A DNA stretch of 64,000 bases from an uncultured Clostridia bacterium (GCA_947624995.1 CANQMS010000007.1:787-64786), one strand, 5' to 3'; positions 37,315 through 45,856 are shown, counted from the first letter of the stretch. Program-made: numbers and translations. Notes: generated by a model not told the origin, from the sequence alone.

Positions 37315-37818
37315 TCAACAGAAAAGCAGGATCACGAGCATAAGCAGCAGCCCGTCGTCCGTCCCGTTCAGCGCGAGTATTAGGATGATCGCGCCGATAA
37401 GTATCTCCTCGGTCGTTATCCGCCCGAGCAGCTCCGAGATCAGTCCACGCTCGCTGCCGCGGGCGGCGGCCGGCGCCGACGGCGATTGGGGCGATCGGGG
37501 CGATTGCGCCGATCGCGCCGATTGTGACTGCGGCGATTGCGATTGCGACGGCGGCGATTGCGCGAGCCCCTGCCGGGCGGCGCTTTCGCTGACGGGGACA
37601 GCTTCGCCACCGCGCTCCGCTGCCGGCTCGCCATCCGAGCCGCTGTCTTCGAAGACATAGCCGCGCCGGAAGAGCTCCTCGGCGTGGCGGAGCGCCTCGC
37701 CGTCAGGGTCGAGCGGGCGCGCCTCGCCGTCCGCGGAAAATGCGCTCCCGCTGTATTTCGGCGGCAGCCTCATATCATCCTCTCCCCCGTCGGGTCCGTT
37801 TTTACCGACGTATACCAT
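37315..37818 (-). CDS. Hypothetical protein with a Q/S/P repeat and a C-terminal TM helix
   Basis: ATG 37818 is 9 nt after GGAGG (the track's GTG 37824 is only 3 nt after it). Acidic N-terminal half, SPQSQSQSPQSQS.. repeat, and C-terminal hydrophobic EEILIGAIILILAL...LLLMLVILLF. Confidence 0.45.
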   Translation of the reverse strand: MVYVGKNGPDGGEDDMRLPPKYSGSAFSADGEARPLDPDGEALRHAEELFRRGYVFEDSGSDGEPAAERGGEAVPVSESAARQGLAQSPPSQSQSPQSQSARSAQSPRSPQSPSAPAAARGSERGLISELLGRITTEEILIGAIILILALNGTDDGLLLMLVILLFC

Positions 37819-37840
37819 CCGCACACACCTCCGAAATCTC

Positions 37841-38398
37841 TCATCTGCCGCTCCCGTACAAAAGCCCGGACAGCTTGTTCACGCGCACCATCGCGTCCGC
37901 GGCGGAGCGGCGCGAATCCGACAGGAACGGTCTTATCGCCAACAGCAGGTTTTCCCGCTGGGACGCCCTGTCACCGTCCGAAACGAACACGCCGGGTGCT
38001 GACGCCGGCTCAAAGCGCAGCGCATCCGCATCCGTGTCTGGGTCATCGACATCGTCGGCGCCGACCTGAGACGCATCATCGACCGGATCGGCACCGTCGG
38101 CATCTGCGCCGCTGCCCTCCTCGGCTGCATCACCGACCGGCGCAGCTGCGTCCGCATGAACTGCGCCTGAGCCGCCGGAGGTCAACGTCGAGAGCAGAGG
38201 CAGGATCCCCGGCAAGAGGTCGAGGAGCCCTCCCGATGCGGACTGCGTCTCCGAGGGCGGACGCTTACCGTCCTTCACGCGCCGCGAGGCGCTGAACGCG
38301 GAGATCCCCGCGATCAGCCCCTCGAGCACGACGGGATTCGAGAGCAGCGCCCCGAGCGAATCGGTGAGCGGTCGAAGGCTCCCGCGTTCCTCTGTCAT
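37841..38398 (-). CDS. Hypothetical protein (acidic, low-complexity centre)
   Basis: ATGA overlap with the upstream small ORF. Coding-like GC3 bias. No recognisable domain. Confidence 0.45.
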   Translation of the reverse strand: MTEERGSLRPLTDSLGALLSNPVVLEGLIAGISAFSASRRVKDGKRPPSETQSASGGLLDLLPGILPLLSTLTSGGSGAVHADAAAPVGDAAEEGSGADADGADPVDDASQVGADDVDDPDTDADALRFEPASAPGVFVSDGDRASQRENLLLAIRPFLSDSRRSAADAMVRVNKLSGLLYGSGR

Positions 38399-38616
38399 TT
38401 CCCGTTCCTTTTATATGATTCTATGATCTCCGTCGCGCGCTTTATGTCGCCGTCCGTCATGTTTGACAGCGCGGAGCGCAGCTTCGAGAGATCCTGCGGA
38501 CGTTTGACGCCGGACAGGTTGAGCCCGTTCTGCGCCGCTATCATCTGTATCGTGCGCCAGAGCTGATCGTCGCTCTGCTTCATCAGTCTGTCGACCGTTG
38601 CCTTGTCTATCTTCAT
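38395..38616 (-). CDS. Hypothetical small helical protein (73 aa)
   Basis: ATG sits 7 nt after GAGG. It is the first gene of a three-gene minus-strand operon. Confidence 0.5.
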   Translation of the reverse strand: MKIDKATVDRLMKQSDDQLWRTIQMIAAQNGLNLSGVKRPQDLSKLRSALSNMTDGDIKRATEIIESYKRNGK

Positions 38617-38729
38617 ACCAAAACCTCGCTTTTCTGCTTTTATTCGGTTATTTGTCCCATTCGGTCACCCGATATAAATTATATGCGCAAGGCGGCGAAT
38701 ATGCCCCTTCCCGAAAGGAGATTTATAAA

Positions 38730-39224
38730 ATGAAGCTGCTCGTTTTTTCGGATTCGCACGGCACGTCGCTGCCGCTGCGCGAGGCGCTCTCCCGCTGCCG
38801 CCCCGTTGACTATGTCATTCACGCCGGAGACGGGGCTGCGGACATTATCCCGCTCGCCCGGCAGTTCGGCGCGACGCCCGTCGCCGTCCGCGGGAACTGC
38901 GACCTCGGCACGGATTTCCCGAAGGAGGTCGAGCTCACCGTCGGGGAGATCAAAATTCTCATAGTCCACGGTCACATGTACGGGGTGAAGTTCTCGCCGA
39001 CTCCGCTCGCCGAGGAGGCGCGGCGGCGCGGATTTGACCTTGTAATATTCGGGCACACGCACGAAAAGCTCGAAAAATACATTCCCGGTGACGGCGGCGG
39101 GCGACCGCTGCGCCTGTTCAACCCCGGCTGCGCGCGCGGCGGCGACTTCGGCGTCATCGACATACGCGGCGGGGACGTGCTCATGAGCCACGGGAACGTG
39201 TACGACGGGGGCTCGCCGTCATGA
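38730..39224 (+). CDS. YfcE/MJ0936-family metallophosphoesterase
   Basis: MKLLVFSDSHG, HAGD, GNCD, the GH..HGH motif and GHTH are the calcineurin-like phosphoesterase blocks. ATG 38730 sits behind AAAGGAG. Confidence 0.8.
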   Translation: MKLLVFSDSHGTSLPLREALSRCRPVDYVIHAGDGAADIIPLARQFGATPVAVRGNCDLGTDFPKEVELTVGEIKILIVHGHMYGVKFSPTPLAEEARRRGFDLVIFGHTHEKLEKYIPGDGGGRPLRLFNPGCARGGDFGVIDIRGGDVLMSHGNVYDGGSPS

Positions 39225-40258
39225 CGGTCCGCGAGGCGCTGTGCCTCCACATGAAAAGATACGTAAAAATGACGCCGCAGGACGCGGTCAAGCTCCTTTA
39301 TCAGAGCGAGTTCGGCGGCGGGCACATGATCCGCGACCGCGAGGGCGCGCGCCTGTTCCTTTTGCGTGAGCTCGAAAAGACGCCGAGGTCAGGCACCGTC
39401 CCGACAGTCGAGGCGCTCGGACCGGACGCCGCGCGGATAAATCTCGCCTCCCTTCCGGACGGGCTTTCGCCGGACACGCTGTTTTCCGTATTTCTCGGGA
39501 GCACGGAGCTTTTCTCGGGGAGCGAGGAACGGTTCGCGCAAAAGCTCATGCTCCCTCGCGAGCTGATCGAAGAAAATATCGCGCCGTTTTCGCTCGGCGA
39601 ATATGACGCCTATGTCGGGCGCTACCTCCGCGAGGGCGGCGGCGCCGTTCACCATTCGCCCGCGTACGCCGCCGCGTACAGACCGGCGTACCGTGTCGTA
39701 CACTCGAGCTTTGCCTCGGCACTGCCGGTGTTCGCCGCCGTCGACAGTCTGCTCGTGCGCGGAGAGCGCGGCTTTGCCGTTCTCATAGACGGGAGATGCG
39801 GCGCCGGGAAAACGACGCTTGCCGAGCGGCTCGCCTCCGTTTACGGCTGTGGCACGGTTCACCTCGATGACTACTATCTTCCCTTCCGAATGCGTTCGGA
39901 TCAGCTCGGCTTCATCGACGCGGACCGCCTCGCACACGAGCTCTCCGCCGCCGGCGGCAGCTTTGTCTCCCGCGCGTACGATCCGCACACGGACAAATTC
40001 ACGCACGAAAGAAATGTCGAAAGGTCGCCGTTTTTCGTCGTCGAGGGCTCGTATTCGTTCGGCACGGTGTCAAATATCGGGCTTTCCTGCAAGCTCTCGG
40101 TGTTCATGACGGTCGAAAGCGGCGAAAGGCTGCGCAGGCTGTCGGAACGCAGCCCGGATTCGGTCGACGCCTTCATCAACCGCTGGATCCCGGCGGAGGA
40201 GGAATACTTCGCCCGCAGCCGAGCCGAGAGCAGCGCCGACATAGTCGTCGAGACGTGA
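39221..40258 (+). CDS. Two-domain protein: unknown N-terminal domain fused to a P-loop (uridine-kinase-like) NTPase
   Basis: Walker A GRCGAGKTTLAERL followed by HLDDYY, typical of uridine/nucleoside-kinase-like folds. ATGA overlap with the phosphoesterase gene. Confidence 0.55.
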   Translation: MTVREALCLHMKRYVKMTPQDAVKLLYQSEFGGGHMIRDREGARLFLLRELEKTPRSGTVPTVEALGPDAARINLASLPDGLSPDTLFSVFLGSTELFSGSEERFAQKLMLPRELIEENIAPFSLGEYDAYVGRYLREGGGAVHHSPAYAAAYRPAYRVVHSSFASALPVFAAVDSLLVRGERGFAVLIDGRCGAGKTTLAERLASVYGCGTVHLDDYYLPFRMRSDQLGFIDADRLAHELSAAGGSFVSRAYDPHTDKFTHERNVERSPFFVVEGSYSFGTVSNIGLSCKLSVFMTVESGERLRRLSERSPDSVDAFINRWIPAEEEYFARSRAESSADIVVET

Positions 40259-40318
40259 CGCGCTGAAAATTTCGTCCGAAGGCGCATTTTCGGATCGCGG
40301 GAACAATTTTTTTAAATA

Positions 40319-40365
40319 ATATCGGGGCAGCGGTTACGGGCAATGACCGCTGCCCCGATATTTTT
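40319..40365 (+). terminator. Rho-independent terminator
   Basis: 16-bp stem atatcggggcagcggt / accgctgccccgatat followed by TTTTT. Confidence 0.85.
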
Positions 40366-40451
40366 CTAATATTTCACACGTTTGCGCCGACCGCGGGCGG
40401 GAAAAATAAGAGCAAAAGAAAAGAAAGGTCCGCGAACAAACGCGAAAAACA

Positions 40452-41270
40452 ATGAACGGAAACTATAAAAAATCGCTGACTGCGGCATTCCTCACGGCGG
40501 CGATGTTCCTCTCGCTCATCTTCCTCACCCCGCGCGTCGGCGCCGCATACGACGACACGCGACCGTATAACTGGTATGTCATCCGAAAAAAGGATCACAC
40601 GCAGCCGCCCGCCGACCCGAACATGGCATTTATCGAAAAGCTCGGCGGAATTTACGTCGACAAAGCTCACGGCGACAGTGCCGACAGCTCCGACCGCGTG
40701 CTCTACCTCACCTTTGACGCCGGGTACGAAAACGGCAACGTCGCCCGTATACTTGACACGCTGAAGGAAAAGAACGTTCACGGCGCGTTCTTCATCCTCG
40801 GAAACATGATAGAGCGGTTCCCCGAGCTCGTGCTCCGTATGCGCGACGAGGGTCACCTCGTCTGCAACCACACCTTCACGCACAACGATATGTCCGCCGT
40901 CACCTCGGAGGAGGAATTCGCGGCGGAGCTGTGCCGCCTTTCCGACGCGTACCGCGAGCTCACCGGAGACGAAATGCCCAAATTCTACCGCCCGCCGGAG
41001 GGCAGATTCTGCGAGCGAAATCTGCGCTTCGCGCAGTCGATGGGATATCGCACCGTGTTCTGGAGCTTCGCCTACGCCGACTGGGACAACAATAATCAGC
41101 CGTCGCGCGAGTACGCGCTCTCAAAGATCACGGACAACCTCCACAACGGCGCCGTGATCCTCCTCCATCCGACATCAAAGACAAACGCCGATATTCTCGG
41201 AGAACTGATAGACACATGTATAAAAGATGGCTACCGCTTCGGGACGCTCGATGAAATATGCGGAGGATAA
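40452..41270 (+). CDS. pdaA: Delta-lactam-biosynthetic de-N-acetylase (spore cortex) PdaA
   Basis: Collinear with B. subtilis PdaA motifs: K.H.QPP, LYLTFD.GYENG, FF..G, EGH...NH...H, Y.RPP.G.F, TVFWS.A..DW and LLH. Confidence 0.82.
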   Translation: MNGNYKKSLTAAFLTAAMFLSLIFLTPRVGAAYDDTRPYNWYVIRKKDHTQPPADPNMAFIEKLGGIYVDKAHGDSADSSDRVLYLTFDAGYENGNVARILDTLKEKNVHGAFFILGNMIERFPELVLRMRDEGHLVCNHTFTHNDMSAVTSEEEFAAELCRLSDAYRELTGDEMPKFYRPPEGRFCERNLRFAQSMGYRTVFWSFAYADWDNNNQPSREYALSKITDNLHNGAVILLHPTSKTNADILGELIDTCIKDGYRFGTLDEICGG

Positions 41271-42013
41271 AAAGAACGGCGGCATTTGCCGCCGCCGTCT
41301 TTGCCGCAATATGTGTGCTTTTTTCTTCGGAGCTGCGCGCATTCTCGGCTTCAGGCGAATTTTCGACATTTGTCTCTTTATCTTCCGCATCCGTCTATCA
41401 TGGCGACGACGTCTTCGCAGGATGCGGAGAGCATACCGTCGCGCTCACGTTTGACGACGGACCGCACCCAAGGCAGACGGACGAAATTTTAGCCGTACTC
41501 GGCGAGTACGGCGTGAAGGCGACTTTTTTCGAGATAGGCTGCAACGTTCGCCTGTACCCCGAGGTTACGGCGCGCGTTATAGCTGCGGGGCACGAGATCG
41601 GCAATCACACCGACTCGCACAAATTTCTGCGCGGCTTTACGGAAGAGCGCGTCCTTAACGAAATACGCGCGGCGGACGGCTCCATAAACGGCGCCTGCCA
41701 ATATAAAACACGCTTTCTGCGCCCGCCCGGCGGCATCTATGACGGCACCGTCGCCGCGGCGGCAAAGGATGACGGAAAGGTCATCGTCCTCTGGACGATA
41801 GACACCATGGACTGGAACCACCGCAGCTGCCGCGGGATCGTCGACGAGGTGCTCGGCGGAGTTAAGGGCGGCGACATCATCCTGATGCACGACTATGTTT
41901 CCGGCGAAACGCACACGGCGGAAGCGCTGAGGATCCTGATCCCCGAGCTGCTCTCTCGCGGGTTCGAGTTTGTGACTGTCGGTGATATGTATGAGATGCT
42001 CGGAGGGGAGTGA
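41258..42013 (+). CDS. Polysaccharide deacetylase family protein (NodB domain), secreted
   Basis: Signal peptide, then the NodB motifs TFDDGP, HEIGNHT.SH, LRPPGG and ILMHD. Confidence 0.8.
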   Translation: MRRIKRTAAFAAAVFAAICVLFSSELRAFSASGEFSTFVSLSSASVYHGDDVFAGCGEHTVALTFDDGPHPRQTDEILAVLGEYGVKATFFEIGCNVRLYPEVTARVIAAGHEIGNHTDSHKFLRGFTEERVLNEIRAADGSINGACQYKTRFLRPPGGIYDGTVAAAAKDDGKVIVLWTIDTMDWNHRSCRGIVDEVLGGVKGGDIILMHDYVSGETHTAEALRILIPELLSRGFEFVTVGDMYEMLGGE

Positions 42014-42016
42014 ACG

Positions 42017-42607
42017 TCACCGGCGACGGGCGGCGCGCACGCGCCTGTACTCGTCCTCGAGTATCGCCGAGACGCCGACGGTCTTATAATCGTTGCCGCA
42101 GAGCAGCGCGTCCCGCCGGTAGCCCTCAAACTGCATACCGACCTTTTCGGCGACTCTGCGGCTCCGCTCGTTCCCTATCATGAATCTGCACTCGATCCTG
42201 TGCAGACCGAGGACATCAAAGCCGAAGCCCATGACCTCGAACAGCGCCTCAGCCGCTATCCCGCGCCCCCAGTACGCCGGGTTCAGAACGTAACCGCACT
42301 CCGCGGAGTTGTTCTCCTCCGAAAAGCTCGTGAACCCGCACGTGCCGATCATCTTTGCGTCGCGGCGGAATATGAGCCCCCAGTCATAGAATGAGCCCTC
42401 GTCGTACCTGCGCTGCAAGTACGAGAGATAGCGCGCCGTGTATTTTTTGTCCGGGTGCGGCGACCATGTCAGAAATTCCGTGACGCAGGGCTGCCGCGAG
42501 TACTCGAACATGTCTTCGGCATCCGTGCGGTACATGCGCCGCAAGAGGAGCCTCTCGGTGTTCAGCACCGGCATCCTTCTGAATATTCTCCTTATATCCT
42601 CTCTCAC
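42017..42607 (-). CDS. GNAT-family N-acetyltransferase (RimJ/RimL-like)
   Basis: GTG start 7 nt after AGGGG. TERLLLRR... and YW(G)RG(I)A.EA motifs. Confidence 0.78.
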   Translation of the reverse strand: MREDIRRIFRRMPVLNTERLLLRRMYRTDAEDMFEYSRQPCVTEFLTWSPHPDKKYTARYLSYLQRRYDEGSFYDWGLIFRRDAKMIGTCGFTSFSEENNSAECGYVLNPAYWGRGIAAEALFEVMGFGFDVLGLHRIECRFMIGNERSRRVAEKVGMQFEGYRRDALLCGNDYKTVGVSAILEDEYRRVRAARRR

Positions 42608-42634
42608 CGTACTGCCCCTTTGCCGTTTTTTACA

Positions 42635-42663
42635 ATTATACTTTCCCGTGCCGCCGAAATCAA
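42635..42663 (-). promoter_or_regulatory. Sigma-A promoter for the GNAT gene
   Basis: The minus strand reads TTGATT, 17-nt spacer, TATAAT. Confidence 0.5.
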
Positions 42664-42704
42664 GCCCCGGCGGACCGTTTTTTTCGTTTTTACCGTTTTA
42701 ACCG

Positions 42705-42733
42705 TTGATATGCGGCTTTTTTTGTGGTAAAAT
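42705..42733 (+). promoter_or_regulatory. Candidate sigma-A promoter
   Basis: TTGATA (42705-10), 17-nt spacer, TAAAAT (42728-33), with extended -10 TGG. Confidence 0.5.
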
Positions 42734-42812
42734 TATAGGAAAGTACCGTATGCGGTCATACTCCGGAGGGGGCGCTCATATACCTTTTACCGGATAATGT
42801 CCTGTTTACGGG

Positions 42813-43370
42813 GTGATAACACTGACAACGGCACAAAATCGCGCAGTATCTGTATCGGTCCCGGATCCGGTGAGAGCCGCGCTGACCGTGCTGATCCCGG
42901 CGGCGGTCGGGGTCGGGGCGGGTCTGCTGCTCGCGGCACACGCCGCGCCTCTCCGCGCGGCGCTCGCGTCCTCCGGCGCCGGATACGCGGCGCTGTTCGC
43001 ACGGAAATACGGCATCGCCGAGGCTTTCTGCGCGGCGACGGCTGTCACGCGGTCCGACATCGCGCTGATCTTTGCCTCGCTTCTGATCTCCGGCGCCGAG
43101 CGCGTGCGTCCGCCGGCGGCTGCGGTCTCTTTCTTTCGCGCGCTGACGTCTTCGCTCGCACTGTCCGCGGTCGCGTCTTCATCCGCGTTTGCGTTCGCGT
43201 TCGCGATTGCGTTCGCGTCGCTTCTGATCGGCGCATTTGCGGCGGAATATTACCTGTTTTACATATGCGGCAGCCGCTCCCGCCCTCGCCGGGTATACGG
43301 CGCGGCAGTCGCCGTGGGCGCGCTGATCGCGGCGCGCACAGTCCTGTTCCTTATCGGACACACGGGCTGA
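42813..43370 (+). CDS. Hypothetical Ala-rich integral membrane protein
   Basis: GTG start. Its frame has GC3 bias and 4-5 hydrophobic segments, whereas the competing frame (42797..43393) is Arg-rich nonsense. Confidence 0.4.
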   Translation: MITLTTAQNRAVSVSVPDPVRAALTVLIPAAVGVGAGLLLAAHAAPLRAALASSGAGYAALFARKYGIAEAFCAATAVTRSDIALIFASLLISGAERVRPPAAAVSFFRALTSSLALSAVASSSAFAFAFAIAFASLLIGAFAAEYYLFYICGSRSRPRRVYGAAVAVGALIAARTVLFLIGHTG

Positions 43371-43394
43371 CGCGGAACATATCGGAGGAATAAA

Positions 43395-44414
43395 ATGGCA
43401 GAAAAAAAGGAAAAAAAGAAGAAGTTCAATTGGTTCGGGATGTACAACCTCGAGGGCAAGGGCGTCGACAAAAATCAGCCCGATTTCATGGCTGAGCCGA
43501 CGTTTCTGAACTTCTTCAAGCTCTTCGGCAGAAAGTGGAACACGCTCATCACCGTCAACCTCATGATGGTATTCGGCAACTTCCCCATATTCTTTTACTT
43601 CATTTACCGCGCCGGATATTTCGGCATCACGACGTCCGCGCCGTACCATCAGCAGTTTATCCCGCTTTACGGCGCCGCGATGTTCGAGCGCTCGCCCGTC
43701 GTCGCCGCGCTGTACGGCGTCTTCGGCATACAGGTGCCGACGACGGTCAACACGCCGCTGACGCTTCTGTTCCTCTGGCTGACGGCGCTCGTCTTCATAA
43801 CCTTCGGTCCCGTCAACGCCGGGATCACATACATCACGCGCGGCATGATGCGCGGCGAGCCGATCTTCCTTTGGTCGGACTTCTGGAGCACAATAAAGAA
43901 GAACTGGAAGCAGGCGCTCCCGATGGGGATCATAGATCTGCTCGGTCTGTTCCTGCTCGGCAACGACGTCGTCTTCTTCTGGGGCAATCTCACATCGTTC
44001 TGGATGTATATGATGTTCTACGTCTCTGTCGTCATGTTCCTTCTCTTCTTCATGATGCGTTTCTACATCTACCACATCATGATAACGTTCGACCTGCCGC
44101 TCTTCAAAATATTCAAGAACGCCGCGATCTTCACGCTGCTTGCGATAAAGCGGAACCTGATGGGGCTCCTCGGCTGCGTCGTCGTCATCGCGATCAACTA
44201 CCTGATCTTCGGCACATACATCCCCGTCGGCATAGTGCTCCCGTTCGTGATCACGCCGGCGATAATGATGCTGATTGAAACGTACGTCGCCTTCCCGAAG
44301 ATCAAGGAATACATGATCGACCCGTATTACGGCACGTCCGGCGGAGGCGCGGAGACCTCGGAGTCCGAAGAAGACGGTCCCGCGGGCGAGCTTCCGTCCG
44401 GGAGCGGGGAGTAA
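43395..44414 (+). CDS. YesL/DUF624-family membrane protein
   Basis: N-terminal F..F....W..L...NL...FGN.P pattern and about 6 TM helices. Acidic low-complexity tail. Confidence 0.62.
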   Translation: MAEKKEKKKKFNWFGMYNLEGKGVDKNQPDFMAEPTFLNFFKLFGRKWNTLITVNLMMVFGNFPIFFYFIYRAGYFGITTSAPYHQQFIPLYGAAMFERSPVVAALYGVFGIQVPTTVNTPLTLLFLWLTALVFITFGPVNAGITYITRGMMRGEPIFLWSDFWSTIKKNWKQALPMGIIDLLGLFLLGNDVVFFWGNLTSFWMYMMFYVSVVMFLLFFMMRFYIYHIMITFDLPLFKIFKNAAIFTLLAIKRNLMGLLGCVVVIAINYLIFGTYIPVGIVLPFVITPAIMMLIETYVAFPKIKEYMIDPYYGTSGGGAETSESEEDGPAGELPSGSGE

Positions 44415-44845
44415 GACCTCGCGCCGTGTACGCCGAGCGCGGAGCGCATCATCGCGGAAAGCATATATGCCGGCAGCGTCAAAAGCGCCCAGAGCGCCGA
44501 GAACAGCGGGCATATCTGCCCCATGAAATTGAGCGGGAACCGACTGTAATCCCACACGTCGAGCCCGAGCCAGACGTTGCATATGAGCCCGGCGCACAGC
44601 TCCGCGGCAGTTATGATCGCCGCGCCTATGAGAACGCGGTATAAAAGCCTCGCCCGGCAGTGCTTGTCCGTCGCGTACAGTCCCGCGAAGCAGACCCCGC
44701 CCGTCAGCAGCATCGACGGGTGCGTGTACCCGCGGAAAATCGTTTCGAGCGCACCGTAGATCACCCCGCCTATCAGGAAAGCGGACATATACTCGAACAG
44801 GGAAAAAAGGATCTTTGCGCGTTTCGCGCTGTATGTTTCTGTCAT
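44327..44845 (-). CDS. DUF1113 / putative ABC-transporter type IV (CmpB-like) membrane protein
   Basis: RBS GGAGGTG 7 nt upstream. Motifs GG.IY...E..FRG.TH.SM and WDYS..P.N are typical of this family. Its 3' end overlaps the convergent DUF624 gene. Confidence 0.6.
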   Translation of the reverse strand: MTETYSAKRAKILFSLFEYMSAFLIGGVIYGALETIFRGYTHPSMLLTGGVCFAGLYATDKHCRARLLYRVLIGAAIITAAELCAGLICNVWLGLDVWDYSRFPLNFMGQICPLFSALWALLTLPAYMLSAMMRSALGVHGARSYSPLPDGSSPAGPSSSDSEVSAPPPDVP

Positions 44846-44926
44846 GTTTTTTCACCTCCGGAACTGATTTTTGACCGCCGCGCGGCGATATATTCAGCTC
44901 CGGGCAAAATCTTTCCCGGCAGTCTT

Positions 44927-44970
44927 CTCCGTGAAAAAGCCCCGCGCGGGCTTTTTCGCGGAGCTTTTTT
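44927..44970 (+). terminator. Strong intrinsic terminator with no annotated gene to terminate
   Basis: 16-bp stem ctccgtgaaaaagccc / gggctttttcgcggag (one G-U pair), then c and TTTTTT (44965-70). It lies between divergently transcribed genes. Confidence 0.6.
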
Positions 44971-45040
44971 ATTCTGTTCGGTCCGTACCGCTTTTTTGAC
45001 GCCCTTTTTTTGATAAAGGGGTTTATTTTACGGCGCGGAT

Positions 45041-45850
45041 GTGGTATACTTTAAAGGATATTATCGGGCGCAGAAGCTCTTCGCGAAAGGACGTGATATT
45101 ATCCCGCGGCATAACAAAAAGAAGCTCGGCATCCTCGGCGGGATGGGGCCCGCCGCGACCGTGTTTTTCTATCAGCTCATAACGGAGCGCACGTTCGCCG
45201 AACGCGACCGTGACCACCTTAACATAATAATCACAAGCCGTGCGGACACGCCGGACCGCACCGATTTTATCCTCGGCAAAAGTAAGGACGACCCGCTCCC
45301 GTCCATGCTCGCCGATGCACGCACGCTCGAAGGAGCGGGGGCGGACGTCATCGCCGTCCCGTGCAACACGGCGCAGTTCTTCTGGGACAGGCTGACGGCA
45401 GGCGTCGGCGTTCCGATCCTGAACATCGTCGAGGAAACGGCTGAGTACGCCGCGCGCCGCGGTTTCCGCCGCGCCGCGCTGCTCGCGACAGAGGGGACGG
45501 TCAAAAGCGGGCTGTATCTGCGCGCGCTCGCCGACCGCGGCATCGAGTGTACGGCGCCGGGGAGAGAGGATCAGACCCTCGTCGACTCGATCATATATGA
45601 CTACGTAAAGGCGGGCGTGCCAGGGGGAGATGTGCTCTTCCGCCGCGTCGCCGAAAAAATGCTCGCCGCAAACTGCGACTGCATCATCCTCGGCTGCACC
45701 GAACTGCCGCTCGTTGCGCCGTCGGCGCCGTACATCATAGATTCGCTCGAGGTTCTCGCCTACCGCTCCATAGTTGAGGCGGGCGGCACGCCGAAGGGGT
45801 TTTCGCCCGAATTCCTCGCCGCGTATGAAAAATCATATGAGAAGATATGA
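45041..45850 (+). CDS. Aspartate/glutamate racemase-family protein (aspartate-racemase-like); start codon uncertain
   Basis: KKLGILGGMGPAAT, PDR, the two Cys-containing active-site blocks (AVPCNTA, LGCTELP). The track start GTG 45041 lies inside a probable -10 element; see findings. Confidence 0.8.
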   Translation: MVYFKGYYRAQKLFAKGRDIIPRHNKKKLGILGGMGPAATVFFYQLITERTFAERDRDHLNIIITSRADTPDRTDFILGKSKDDPLPSMLADARTLEGAGADVIAVPCNTAQFFWDRLTAGVGVPILNIVEETAEYAARRGFRRAALLATEGTVKSGLYLRALADRGIECTAPGREDQTLVDSIIYDYVKAGVPGGDVLFRRVAEKMLAANCDCIILGCTELPLVAPSAPYIIDSLEVLAYRSIVEAGGTPKGFSPEFLAAYEKSYEKI

Positions 45851-45856
45851 AAAGAT

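Noticed and set aside
42650-42690. Hairpin ccgccg..cggcgg followed by a T-run on the plus strand, as another orphan terminator.
   Set aside because: It overlaps the -35 region of the minus-strand GNAT promoter and the stem is short (6 bp). This makes it much less convincing than the structure at 44927-44970.
43179-44855. A 558-aa minus-strand ORF. Other very long antisense ORFs include 57919..60033, 61227..62537, 11031..12188, 15751..16797 and 19165..19956.
   Set aside because: They lie antisense to well-supported genes. They are Arg/Asp/His-rich with no motifs, and lack the GC3 bias of the sense frames. These are typical stop-poor shadow ORFs of GC-rich DNA.
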